From positions 2,496,001-2,560,000 of the forward strand of contig OY820579.1 in NCBI GenBank assembly GCA_963681965.1: a stretch of DNA of 64,000 bases. Direction: 5' to 3'. The notes under the pieces were generated by a model that saw nothing but the letters and a program-made list of their open reading frames with translations, made no database searches and was not told the origin of the DNA. Source of the stretch: a bacterium (GTDB taxonomy: Bacteria; Electryoneota; JAOADG01). Shown in pieces: positions 1 to 8,740 of this stretch (positions are counted from its first letter, which is position 1; every line of letters begins with the position of its first letter). Position numbers and translations under genes: made by a program.

Positions 1-1266
1 ACTGTTGAATCACCAGACCGTAAAGCAGTTTTTTATCCAGGTGGAAAAAACTCTGCCGTACAACTTGGATCATTTTCAGAGATGGTATATCAAAGAAACT
101 CCGAACAAAAAATATCATTTGAATATCGGTGGGATTTTCAAGATACTCTTCAAATTAAAGATCCCAACTCTAAGAAAAATTACTCTGGCAACTTACTATC
201 GTTCGAAGCCATCGTCGGTAGGAAGGAAGGGTTGGATTTCTCACTTATTGTTGATTACTTCAAATATAGATTAATGGATAATAAAGATCAAAAGTTGTCT
301 ATTTCGTTACGATATAAGCCAGGTTCAAAACCTGAATATAAAGCAGAAACGGAGCAATATGACCTAACTCGTAAAATGATGAGAGCTTGGCCACTTAAAG
401 AAACCGTTCGTTTTTACGGATTTCCCGATGAACTTGTAGCGTATTATCAAAACGCAGCTTTTGTGCAGACACTGAACCTTAGACATGAAAGATTGTTTCA
501 ATCTCTTTCTTATCTTGGTCCACTCCGAACTAAAGGGGAACGATTATATTCATGGACTGGAATTGAGCCCGAAAGTGTTGGATATGATGGAGCGAATACT
601 GTTGCAGCGATTTTGGCTGCTCGCAACAGAAAAATTAGCTTAGGGAAAGGGCTCAAAACAAAGCCATTTGAGGAAATAATAGCATTAGAATTAAAAAAAA
701 TGGACTTAATCGAGGATTTTAAAGTTAATCCTATATCAAAGGAAAGACAGGAATACGAAGTAAAAGTACGATCAAAAGGGTCTAGCGATTTCGTGGACAT
801 CCCAGATGTGGGTTTTGGAATTTCTCAAGTACTACCAGTGCTTGTTCAGTGTTTCTACGCTCCTGTGGGTTCGATTATTCTTATGGAGCAACCAGAAATA
901 CACCTTCACCCGAATGCACAATCAGCTCTAGCCGACGTATTCATTGATGTTATTAATTCCAAAATTAACGGAATCGACAGAAACATCCAACTAATTATTG
1001 AAACTCACTCTGAGCACTTTTTAAGGCGTTTGCAGCGTCGAATTGCTGAAAATGTCGTTGAACAGGAGAATATCTCCGCATATTTTTCAAGTATAAATAA
1101 AACTCCTGCTATGTTAAATCAGTTAGAAATTGACATGTTTGGTAACATTAAAAACTGGCCTGAAAATTTTTTCGGCGATGAAATGGGCGACATCACTGAG
1201 CAAGCAAAAGCCGCGATGAAAAAACGACATAATTTGGCAACAGGCAGTTCGGAGACTTCTAAATGA
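1..1266 (+). CDS. AAA_21/ABC-type ATPase with DUF3696-like C-terminus (5'-truncated by window edge)
   Basis: Frame is open from base 1. ABC signature-like DVGFGISQVLP, Walker B ILMEQPEIHLHP, H-loop IIETHSEH, C-terminal GNIKNWPENFF. Confidence 0.85.
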   Translation, partial: TVESPDRKAVFYPGGKNSAVQLGSFSEMVYQRNSEQKISFEYRWDFQDTLQIKDPNSKKNYSGNLLSFEAIVGRKEGLDFSLIVDYFKYRLMDNKDQKLSISLRYKPGSKPEYKAETEQYDLTRKMMRAWPLKETVRFYGFPDELVAYYQNAAFVQTLNLRHERLFQSLSYLGPLRTKGERLYSWTGIEPESVGYDGANTVAAILAARNRKISLGKGLKTKPFEEIIALELKKMDLIEDFKVNPISKERQEYEVKVRSKGSSDFVDIPDVGFGISQVLPVLVQCFYAPVGSIILMEQPEIHLHPNAQSALADVFIDVINSKINGIDRNIQLIIETHSEHFLRRLQRRIAENVVEQENISAYFSSINKTPAMLNQLEIDMFGNIKNWPENFFGDEMGDITEQAKAAMKKRHNLATGSSETSK

Positions 1267-1796
1267 GTCTCTATCCGAGAAAATTCTTAATTGATACTAA
1301 CATTCCAAAAACCGCAAATCTAGCCACAAACCCGGATACGATACCACAAGAATTGACGTGTTGTGTTAATGCGTGCATTGAAGCTGTCCAACATGTGATT
1401 AAAAATGGTGGATTGGTTATGGATGCAGGAGACGAAATCTTCGACGAATACCGGCATAATCTATCCTTGAGAGGACAACCAGGTGTAGGCGACGGATTTC
1501 TTAAATGGGTGCATGATCACCGTTGGAGTTTTCCAGAAGAAGATAGAGTCGTAATAACTAAAGAAGGAGAGTCATACGTTGAATTTCCACAACACGATGG
1601 ATTAGCACTATTCGACAATTCAGATAGAAAATTCATTGCTGTTTCTTTCGCGCACCCAAGTAAACCTCATATTCTACAAGCGACCGACAGCAAATGGTGG
1701 GGATGGAACAGTGCGTTGAATGAGGTTGGAATTAATGTAAAATTTCTCTGCCCTGATTACATCCAAACAAAGTATCTAGAGAAGATTGGTGAATGA
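1263..1796 (+). CDS. PIN-like domain protein (putative ribonuclease)
   Basis: N-terminal LIDTNI, later DNSDRKFIAV and ATDSKW acidic motifs typical of the PIN fold; overlaps the ATPase stop. Confidence 0.6.
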   Translation: MSLYPRKFLIDTNIPKTANLATNPDTIPQELTCCVNACIEAVQHVIKNGGLVMDAGDEIFDEYRHNLSLRGQPGVGDGFLKWVHDHRWSFPEEDRVVITKEGESYVEFPQHDGLALFDNSDRKFIAVSFAHPSKPHILQATDSKWWGWNSALNEVGINVKFLCPDYIQTKYLEKIGE

Positions 1797-2473
1797 ACAA
1801 TAACTTTTTTAAGTATCCAACTACACCTCATTTAAAACTTCTAGGTGATGTAGTAGTCAGAGATGACAAAGTAATGTCAGAAACAGAGATGAATGTTTTT
1901 CTCGGTGGTGAAATTATTATAGAAGAAAAAGTCGATGGTGCAAATCTTGGAATTTCTTTTGATGATGACGGAAATGTTCGAACCCAAAACAGAGGCGGAT
2001 ATTTAAACATGCCCTATACTGGGCAATGGAAAAAGTTACCTGAATGGCTATTTCCGAGAACTGACACTCTCTTCGAAAAACTTACTAACAGATTTATTCT
2101 ATTCGGTGAATGGTGCTTTGCACAACACTCAGTAGAATATAACCGATTACCAGATTGGTTTTTGGGCTTTGACATATACGATAAATTAACTGCTCGTTTT
2201 TTATCTTGTCCACGCAGAGATGAGATTACTTCATCGATTGGAATTTTTATGGTTCCAAGAGTTGCGCAAGGTCATTTTACTTCTAGTGATGTTATAAAGC
2301 ATCTTTCAATTTCTCAACTATCTAACAATCAAGCAGAAGGTTTATACCTACGTGTGGATTGTGGTGATTGGCTAGTGAAGAGAGCCAAATTAGTGCGTTC
2401 GAACTTTATTCAATCTGTAGAAAAACATTGGTCTCATTCACCCATAAAACCTAACAAGGTGAGATTTGACTAA
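1793..2473 (+). CDS. ATP-dependent RNA ligase family protein
   Basis: KYPTTPHL, motif I EEKVDGAN, FGEW, FDI, EGLYLR and KRAKLVR nucleotidyltransferase motifs. Confidence 0.85.
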   Translation: MNNNFFKYPTTPHLKLLGDVVVRDDKVMSETEMNVFLGGEIIIEEKVDGANLGISFDDDGNVRTQNRGGYLNMPYTGQWKKLPEWLFPRTDTLFEKLTNRFILFGEWCFAQHSVEYNRLPDWFLGFDIYDKLTARFLSCPRRDEITSSIGIFMVPRVAQGHFTSSDVIKHLSISQLSNNQAEGLYLRVDCGDWLVKRAKLVRSNFIQSVEKHWSHSPIKPNKVRFD

Positions 2474-2567
2474 ATAGTGCTTATTTTAATCTCTGTTATT
2501 TTTGTGATTATTTGATATTCGTTTCAATAATAATATTTGTTGAAGCTTGGTTTGCACACTTTTCCTC

Positions 2568-2590
2568 TTTTTCCGGTATGTAACAAGTAG
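2568..2590 (+). promoter_or_regulatory. 23-bp motif TTTTTCCGGTATGTAACAAGTAG, copy 1 (putative promoter for the element-encoded sigma factor)
   Basis: Exact copy at 8380-8402; both lie upstream of operon starts. Confidence 0.5.
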
Positions 2591-2660
2591 GGGGAATCAC
2601 TTTTAGGGCTCTGGTGAGTCCGGTGGTTTCCGATTTACTTGGTTACGAGCTGGATCATTA

Positions 2661-2891
2661 ATGCATTACTCTGTACTTCCTGAAGACATGACTCCCACCG
2701 AGCGGTTCGGTGAGATTGTCTGCATATTAGCATCTACTTTCTCGCGTTTGCGCTACCCGAATTCTCATCAACAATCAATCTCTGAACACCAATACCAAGA
2801 ACCATGTAATCCAAGCGTAGCAAGCGCTTCCGGGAAGATTGCTGCTGTGCAAAAGATACCTCGCGATGACTTGACTTCTCCGCCCAGGTGA
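2661..2891 (+). CDS. Small hypothetical protein preceding DUF2924
   Basis: MTPTERFGEIVCILA..RLR resembles the short ORF typically found upstream of DUF2924-recombinase pairs (from recall). Confidence 0.45.
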   Translation: MHYSVLPEDMTPTERFGEIVCILASTFSRLRYPNSHQQSISEHQYQEPCNPSVASASGKIAAVQKIPRDDLTSPPR

Positions 2892-3451
2892 TTGCACTGT
2901 TCAAGCGGGTTAACACAGTGAGAACAATAATCGGGAGGTTGAGCTTGCGAATAGAAATCATACGAGAGATCGACAAGGTACGCACCATGACCGTTAAGGC
3001 ATTGCGGGAAAAGTATCTGGAGGTATTTGGGGAAACTACCCGCTCTGGAAACAAGGACTTTCTCTGGAAGCGGATAGCCTGGCGGATACAGGCCATCGAG
3101 GAAGGCGATTTATCGGAACGGGCGCGACGTCGCGCCGAGGAACTGGCATCCGATGCTGACTTACGAGTTCGCACCCCATCTAGCGCCCTGGCGGAACCTG
3201 TCGCGTTGAACGCGGGCATTACTGCTACGTATGCGTTTCAAGTAACTACCGACCAGCGTGTACCCATACCCGGGACAATGCTTACCCGTCAGTACAAAGG
3301 AACAACGATCCGGGTAATGGTACTGGCGAAAGGCTTTGAATACAACGGGAAGCTGTATCGCACATTGACTTCCATCTCGAAAGAAATTACCGGTTCCCGC
3401 TGGAACGGTTTTCACTTCTTTGGATTGCAGAAGGAAGGAGTTGCCGCATGA
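2888..3451 (+). CDS. DUF2924 domain protein (true start probably ~2939)
   Basis: LWKRIAWRIQAIEEGDL, PGTMLTRQYKG, SLT-like/EITGSRWNGFHFFGL motifs; directly upstream of the serine recombinase. Confidence 0.85.
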   Translation: MIALFKRVNTVRTIIGRLSLRIEIIREIDKVRTMTVKALREKYLEVFGETTRSGNKDFLWKRIAWRIQAIEEGDLSERARRRAEELASDADLRVRTPSSALAEPVALNAGITATYAFQVTTDQRVPIPGTMLTRQYKGTTIRVMVLAKGFEYNGKLYRTLTSISKEITGSRWNGFHFFGLQKEGVAA

Positions 3452-5028
3452 GACAGCGTAGTCAATTATCTCAGCCACCAGCTAGCGATACCAAAAAGCC
3501 GATCCGATGTGCCATCTATACCCGTAAGTCGACTGAGGAGGGGCTTGAGCAGGAATTCAACTCGCTGGATGCGCAACGGGAATCGGCGGAAGCATTTATT
3601 GCGAGCCAGAAAAATGAGGGTTGGGTCTGCTTGCCGGAGAAATACGACGATGGCGGATTCACCGGTGGTAACATGGAACGGCCCGCCTTGAAGAGATTGC
3701 TGGCACAGGCGGAAGCAGGCAATATCAATTGTATTGTAGTATACAAGGTTGATCGCCTCTCCCGCTCCCTGATGGACTTTGCTCGAATCATGGAGATCCT
3801 CGAACGTCAGCACATTTCTTTTGTCTCTGTTACTCAGCAGTTCAATACGACTCATTCGATGGGACGACTGACCCTCAACATTCTGCTCTCTTTCGCACAG
3901 TTCGAGCGCGAGATCATTTCCGAGCGCACCCGTGATAAAATGAGTGCTGCCCGCAAGAAAGGGATGTGGATGGGCGGTATTCCGGTGCTTGGATATGATA
4001 TCCATCCGCAAAACAGAAAGCTGGTCGTCAATCCGGAGGAAGCGCTTCGCGTAAAGGAAGCCTTCAGTTTATACCTTGATCACGAATCTTTGCTCGCTAC
4101 TGCACAGGAGTTGAACCATCGAGGTTGGACGACAAAACAGTGGACTACAAAGAGTGGAATCGCAAAGGGTGGATTGGCATTTGAAAAGGTCAATTTGTTT
4201 CGGTTGCTGACAAATCTGACTTACATCGGGAAGTTGGAGTACAAGGGGGAACTATACGAAGGTGAGCATGAAGCAATCGTTGAATCGGATGTTTGGAATC
4301 GAGTCCAGGCACTTTTACATCGCAACGGCAAGAGTGGTGGTGTAGAGGTCCGGAACAAGTTCGGTTCTTTACTCAGAGGCATCTTGTTTTGTGACTCTTG
4401 CCATGCTGCAATGGTGCATACGTACACTGCAAGAAAAGAGTGCAAGATCTACCGGTATTACGTTTGCTCGAAAGCGCAGCACAGGGGCTGGCACACTTGT
4501 CCCACCAAATCGCTTCCCGCCGGTGAGATTGAGCAATTTGTAGTGAATCGGATTCGCTCCATTGGTAGTGATCGGGGACTGATAACAGAGACACTCAACC
4601 AAGCGAGACAACTGGTTCAAAGTGATATTACGAAATTGGAAAACGAGCTTACCGTTGTACAACACCAGTTGGAATATCTTGGTGCGGAAGTTCCAAAGGT
4701 GCTCTCCTCGCGAAATGGTTCGAGACGAAGTGTTACGCAAACAGACCCTTCCGAATTGGAAGAAAAGATTCGAATAGCTCGTCAACGAGCAGAAGAGTTG
4801 TCGGCTGAGATCGCATTACGAAAAAACGATTGGATCACTGAGAGTGATATTGAGACTGCACTTGGAACCTTTGATCCAATGTGGGAAGCAATGAATGCGA
4901 AAGAGCGTACCAAGTTAATTCATCTGCTGGTTGAGCGTGTTGGCTATGAAGGGTCCGCTGGAAAATTGAGTATCACATTCCGGCCGAGTGGAATCAAATC
5001 ACTGGGTCAGGAATCATTCGCAGCATAA
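3448..5028 (+). CDS. Large serine recombinase (integrase)
   Basis: CAIYTRKST catalytic Ser, VYKVDRLSRS, recombinase domain, zinc ribbon CDSC...YYVC, C-terminal coiled coil. Confidence 0.95.
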   Translation: MRQRSQLSQPPASDTKKPIRCAIYTRKSTEEGLEQEFNSLDAQRESAEAFIASQKNEGWVCLPEKYDDGGFTGGNMERPALKRLLAQAEAGNINCIVVYKVDRLSRSLMDFARIMEILERQHISFVSVTQQFNTTHSMGRLTLNILLSFAQFEREIISERTRDKMSAARKKGMWMGGIPVLGYDIHPQNRKLVVNPEEALRVKEAFSLYLDHESLLATAQELNHRGWTTKQWTTKSGIAKGGLAFEKVNLFRLLTNLTYIGKLEYKGELYEGEHEAIVESDVWNRVQALLHRNGKSGGVEVRNKFGSLLRGILFCDSCHAAMVHTYTARKECKIYRYYVCSKAQHRGWHTCPTKSLPAGEIEQFVVNRIRSIGSDRGLITETLNQARQLVQSDITKLENELTVVQHQLEYLGAEVPKVLSSRNGSRRSVTQTDPSELEEKIRIARQRAEELSAEIALRKNDWITESDIETALGTFDPMWEAMNAKERTKLIHLLVERVGYEGSAGKLSITFRPSGIKSLGQESFAA

Positions 5029-5042
5029 TTTTAGGAGCATGT

Positions 5043-5453
5043 ATGTCATTGACTGTTGATTGTACCATTCATTTCAAGAGCGGAGCAGCCGGTAGAAAGC
5101 GCATCATTGCTGGCAATGAACCAGCTCAACTGGAACTCAATCCTGGAAACACGCCACGCATTACTAAACTGATGGCTCTGGCAATAAAACTGGATCGGTT
5201 GGTTGCTCAGGGAGAAGTGGTTGATTACTCTGACCTTGCTAGGTTGGGACACGTAAGTCGTGCTCGTATCACGCAAATCATGAATCTGCGGCTTCTTGCA
5301 CCTGATATTCAAGAAGCAGTACTCTTCCTCCCTCATACTCTCAAAGGTCGAGATCGGATTCAAGAGCGAGATCTTCGTCCAATCGCGGCTACACCGCAGT
5401 GGAACCGACAACGCAAAATGTGGAACAAATTATCCACCGAAATAACTCCATGA
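5043..5453 (+). CDS. Conserved recombinase-associated HTH-like hypothetical protein
   Basis: DLARLGHVSRARITQIMNLRLLAPDIQEAVL; RBS AGGAG; typical neighbour of DUF2924-recombinase modules. Confidence 0.75.
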   Translation: MSLTVDCTIHFKSGAAGRKRIIAGNEPAQLELNPGNTPRITKLMALAIKLDRLVAQGEVVDYSDLARLGHVSRARITQIMNLRLLAPDIQEAVLFLPHTLKGRDRIQERDLRPIAATPQWNRQRKMWNKLSTEITP

Positions 5454-5834
5454 TTCTTCGTTTGGAGATCGTACTTCACTTCACATAGCTGCTCAGAATC
5501 ACGACCCTATTTTTCATTTTTTCTACACATCTTTGTTCCAGCAATCCGGGAAAATTATCTTGATGAGTGATTTCAACGACAACTTCCGGTGACTCACTGG
5601 AGGTTCTTCTTGTAGGAGAGTAGCAACTGAGTTCGGACAATATTTTCATTGTAACGTGGTCAACCGCGCAAACAATATTTGACCCCTGCTGATCGAATCT
5701 AACCGGTCGGCATTTACTTTCTGTGTCCGACTGCCTGACTCTTTTTCAAACGTCCATCGTGTGAACAATCGCATCAATATTTCACCCACTCAATAAGTGG
5801 AGTACCCTTTTACCAGACCTGAATAGGATGTTTC

Positions 5835-6047
5835 ATGTCGACGTATATTCTTCGCCGATTCGCCCATGTTGATGGTCTTAAATCGATTGCCATCAATCAC
5901 CTCCACTCACTTCTCTCCAGTTATGATTCTTACTTGCACAGACGTGGATTCACACTCACACACTCTGTTGACGCAGTGAACGTCGATGAATGGTTTACAA
6001 AACGCAGTTTCATTATCAGTGAGCGGGATGATGAAGAAGAAATCTAA
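5835..6047 (+). pseudogene. Short ORF, probably an internally deleted remnant of a longer conserved element protein
   Basis: RBS AGGA; N-terminus resembles the start and C-terminus (EWFTKRSFII) the end of a longer protein recalled from related elements. Confidence 0.4.
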
Positions 6048-7098
6048 CCCAACTAATTTTTGGTTCGCACTCGAATCCATAATCGGTTTATCGGCTGTTG
6101 CTGATGAATGGCGAAAGTACTCTGGTAGTGAATTTGAATCAATCCAATCCGTTCTTCGTCCCAACGGTCGAATTGCCGCATCACATCCTTGTCTGCAACC
6201 GCGTGACTGTGGGTGTAGCCATAATGTTGTGATACATACACCGAAAGACATTGTAGCGGTCTGCAGATGTGGACTTGAATGCGATACTTTCCCACTGAAA
6301 AGTACACAACTAGCAATCTATGAGTTGGATCGTCCTAAGCTGGATTTAGCCGTTGCGACAGTTTTCAATCTTCAACAGGCAAGCGTCCAGATAAAAAATA
6401 TGATTCGCACCTCCTGTGTCGGTCAGCTTACGATGGGATATATTTCCATACCGGTATTCTTGACCATACAGCCCGGTAGTATAGAGTATTCGCTAATTGC
6501 TGATTTGCTACTCTCCATGAACACTTCGCCGTTTATACTGTTGACACCGTTACCGGATTTAATCACTCCCGAATGCATCACTCAACTTTCGTCGCGTGGT
6601 TGTTATGTTTTATCGCTTGCTGAAAGCACAGTGATCCAGGTGAAATTCAAACTTGTACTGAGTACTTTAGGTTCCCAATTCCTCGAACGAATTAGAACGC
6701 TACCAGTTGCATTGTCTCCGAATGTTACAACTGTTCGGAACATTTCTGATCGTGGTTCATCCGACCAAATTATACTAGAACGAAGGGAAGTTGATGGCGA
6801 TATCCACTGGTATGTGAATGGCTTTGATAAAGGAGTTTTCGCTGCGCACAATAACTCAAAGAAAAACTCCATATTGACGATCCTGTATGATGAAATCGGT
6901 AATGGTTGGGTGAAGCATGATCGATTTATAACTGCATGCGGGTGGAAAAAGGAAGAGTACTTTGGAGCTGGAAATGGAGTGACTGGTCGCATGCAAAAGC
7001 AGTTAAATATTATCCGAAAGTTTCTTGGAATGAAGATCGAGTTTGTTACTAGCAAGGGAGTAAAGTTTCCAGCAGAAGTCGTCAAGTCCAGAGGATAG
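6028..7098 (+). CDS. Hypothetical protein, possible C-terminal winged-helix DNA-binding domain
   Basis: Long ORF with Cys cluster (CLQPRDCGC..CRCGLEC) and a C-terminal wHTH-like segment. Confidence 0.65.
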   Translation: MMKKKSNPTNFWFALESIIGLSAVADEWRKYSGSEFESIQSVLRPNGRIAASHPCLQPRDCGCSHNVVIHTPKDIVAVCRCGLECDTFPLKSTQLAIYELDRPKLDLAVATVFNLQQASVQIKNMIRTSCVGQLTMGYISIPVFLTIQPGSIEYSLIADLLLSMNTSPFILLTPLPDLITPECITQLSSRGCYVLSLAESTVIQVKFKLVLSTLGSQFLERIRTLPVALSPNVTTVRNISDRGSSDQIILERREVDGDIHWYVNGFDKGVFAAHNNSKKNSILTILYDEIGNGWVKHDRFITACGWKKEEYFGAGNGVTGRMQKQLNIIRKFLGMKIEFVTSKGVKFPAEVVKSRG

Positions 7099-7135
7099 TC
7101 CAGAAAATATTTACTAACATTCTACTTAATCCACT

Positions 7136-7172
7136 CGACCGTCAATCCCGTATTGGCGGTCGTGTTTGTTTT
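7136..7172 (+). terminator. Rho-independent terminator
   Basis: CGACCGTCAAT / ATTGGCGGTCG stem followed by TGTTTGTTTT. Confidence 0.6.
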
Positions 7173-7284
7173 AGTCTTCTAACTCATTTCTGGACAGTCT
7201 AGGAAATAGTCCAGAAAACCAGACCCTCTAAAAACCACCCTTATGCTATATCCAAGATCAATCTCATCGGAAAGGGTGTAGCAA

Positions 7285-7608
7285 ATGGAATTCACAAAAA
7301 ATAATGTAAGCACCAGTCGACAGGAGCTGATTCGTCTGATGCAACGACTCAACTTCGGACGAATTGAAGGACTGCAGATCGTCAATGGCGATCCGGTTCT
7401 TACCCCCCTCCCCCGTGTCGTTCAATGTGTCAAGTTTAAGGGCGACAATAATCCGCGTCCTGAACTCCGCAGCAAGGATTTTGTCCTCAAGGATGAACTC
7501 GTCGAACTGTTTTCATACTTCAATGAACTGAACAACGGGACAATAGAGACCATCGAAGTCAAACACGGACTTCCCTTCAATATGAATATCGAGATGGTGT
7601 TTCGGTAA
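7285..7608 (+). CDS. Conserved hypothetical protein of DUF2924-type elements
   Basis: LMQRLNFGRIEGL..GDPV..IEVKHGLPF motif. Confidence 0.75.
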   Translation: MEFTKNNVSTSRQELIRLMQRLNFGRIEGLQIVNGDPVLTPLPRVVQCVKFKGDNNPRPELRSKDFVLKDELVELFSYFNELNNGTIETIEVKHGLPFNMNIEMVFR

Positions 7609-7640
7609 TACATTCCGATTCAAATTTTCACCAGGCAATA

Positions 7641-7770
7641 GACTAGACGCATAGCGGAGGTCGTTGTGGGTGTCGCTTACCGGCGAACTCACAGCATCTC
7701 CGCTTTTTCATGTTAGTCTTTCCGGACTTATGCCGACACCCACGCGGGCTCCTCAACCGAGGAGACTCAA
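7641..7770 (+). promoter_or_regulatory. Structured leader / attenuator upstream of the sigma factor gene
   Basis: Stem AGCGGAG(7653)/CTCCGCT(7698)+T5; alternative pairing of 7666-7675 with 7734-7743; hairpin CTCCTC/GAGGAG covering the SD. Confidence 0.55.
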
Positions 7771-8349
7771 ATGGAATCAGCATTTCGCAATGATGGCGTC
7801 GATGAGTATGCCATTCAGTTGATCAAGTACAAAGCCCGTCATTTGGTAGGGCAAGCGGGATTTACAGCCGATGATCGCCAGGACATTGAACAGGATTTAA
7901 TCATTGACCTGCTGCAACGGTTATCAAATTTCAACCCGGATAAGGCACAACACAACACCTTTGTAACAAGAGTAGTGGACAACAAAATCGCTTCAATGAT
8001 AGAGGCTCGAACTTCGATAAAGCGTGACTATCGCGTGATAGTCATCTCGATTAACGAACCATTGGTCGATACAGGTGGAGAAGTAATGGATCACTCTGAA
8101 ACAATAAGTCAAGACGACTATTTCTTCCGAATCAACTCTTCTATTCGATCCACTGTTGATCAACATGATCTCAAGATCGACTTACATGCTGTGATCGAGC
8201 AACTACCTGAAGAGCTGCAACGGATGTGCGAGCTCCTCAGTCAAGGCTCCATTTCTGAAGTATCGCGAACCACCGGCTGCAGCAGAACAAAAATGTACAG
8301 TGCTCTCAAACGAATACGGAAGGTATTTGAATTCAATGAAATACGATGA
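7771..8349 (+). CDS. Sigma-70 family (ECF-like) RNA polymerase sigma factor
   Basis: Region 2 DRQDIEQDLIIDL..FNPDK..FVTRVVDN; region 4 HTH SISEVSRTTGCSRTKM. Confidence 0.85.
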   Translation: MESAFRNDGVDEYAIQLIKYKARHLVGQAGFTADDRQDIEQDLIIDLLQRLSNFNPDKAQHNTFVTRVVDNKIASMIEARTSIKRDYRVIVISINEPLVDTGGEVMDHSETISQDDYFFRINSSIRSTVDQHDLKIDLHAVIEQLPEELQRMCELLSQGSISEVSRTTGCSRTKMYSALKRIRKVFEFNEIR

Positions 8350-8379
8350 CGATCCAATGGGAGAAATACAACTTTAGAA

Positions 8380-8402
8380 TTTTTCCGGTATGTAACAAGT
8401 AG
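8380..8402 (+). promoter_or_regulatory. 23-bp motif, copy 2
   Basis: Identical to 2568-2590; sits just upstream of the replication operon. Confidence 0.5.
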
Positions 8403-8422
8403 AGGGGTATGAAAGGAAAATC

Positions 8423-8740
8423 ATGGTTCCGTTTTACAAATACTGTTTCGATCCAAAACTACCGGTCAAGGAAGTTGAGGAATCATTGTTGCTGGCAGTG
8501 CTGGCAGTTGAATGTCTGCATGGCCGATCTAAGGTTCGATTGGACGCATCTTTTTCGTTAGATGCCAAAGCACATACTTGCATCGTAAACGCTTCCACAG
8601 AAGTTGGTTGTGCCATTGCGCGAATCTTTACCGGTTTTCTGAATAATGAATTTGGTGAACTGGCATTCAAAGTAGAGCGCATTAACGAAGGTAATAGCGA
8701 AGTCGAATCACCAAAGGTTGCTGAGGTGTCCCATGAATAG
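8423..8740 (+). CDS. Conserved hypothetical protein
   Basis: RBS AAGGA; LLLAVLAVECLHG..VRLDA..EFGELAFKVER. Confidence 0.75.
   Translation: MVPFYKYCFDPKLPVKEVEESLLLAVLAVECLHGRSKVRLDASFSLDAKAHTCIVNASTEVGCAIARIFTGFLNNEFGELAFKVERINEGNSEVESPKVAEVSHE

Noticed and set aside
2474-2660. attL matching a site near the right end
   Set aside because: No convincing shared core found by eye between the left flank and 62500-64000; serine integrase cores can be too short to see.
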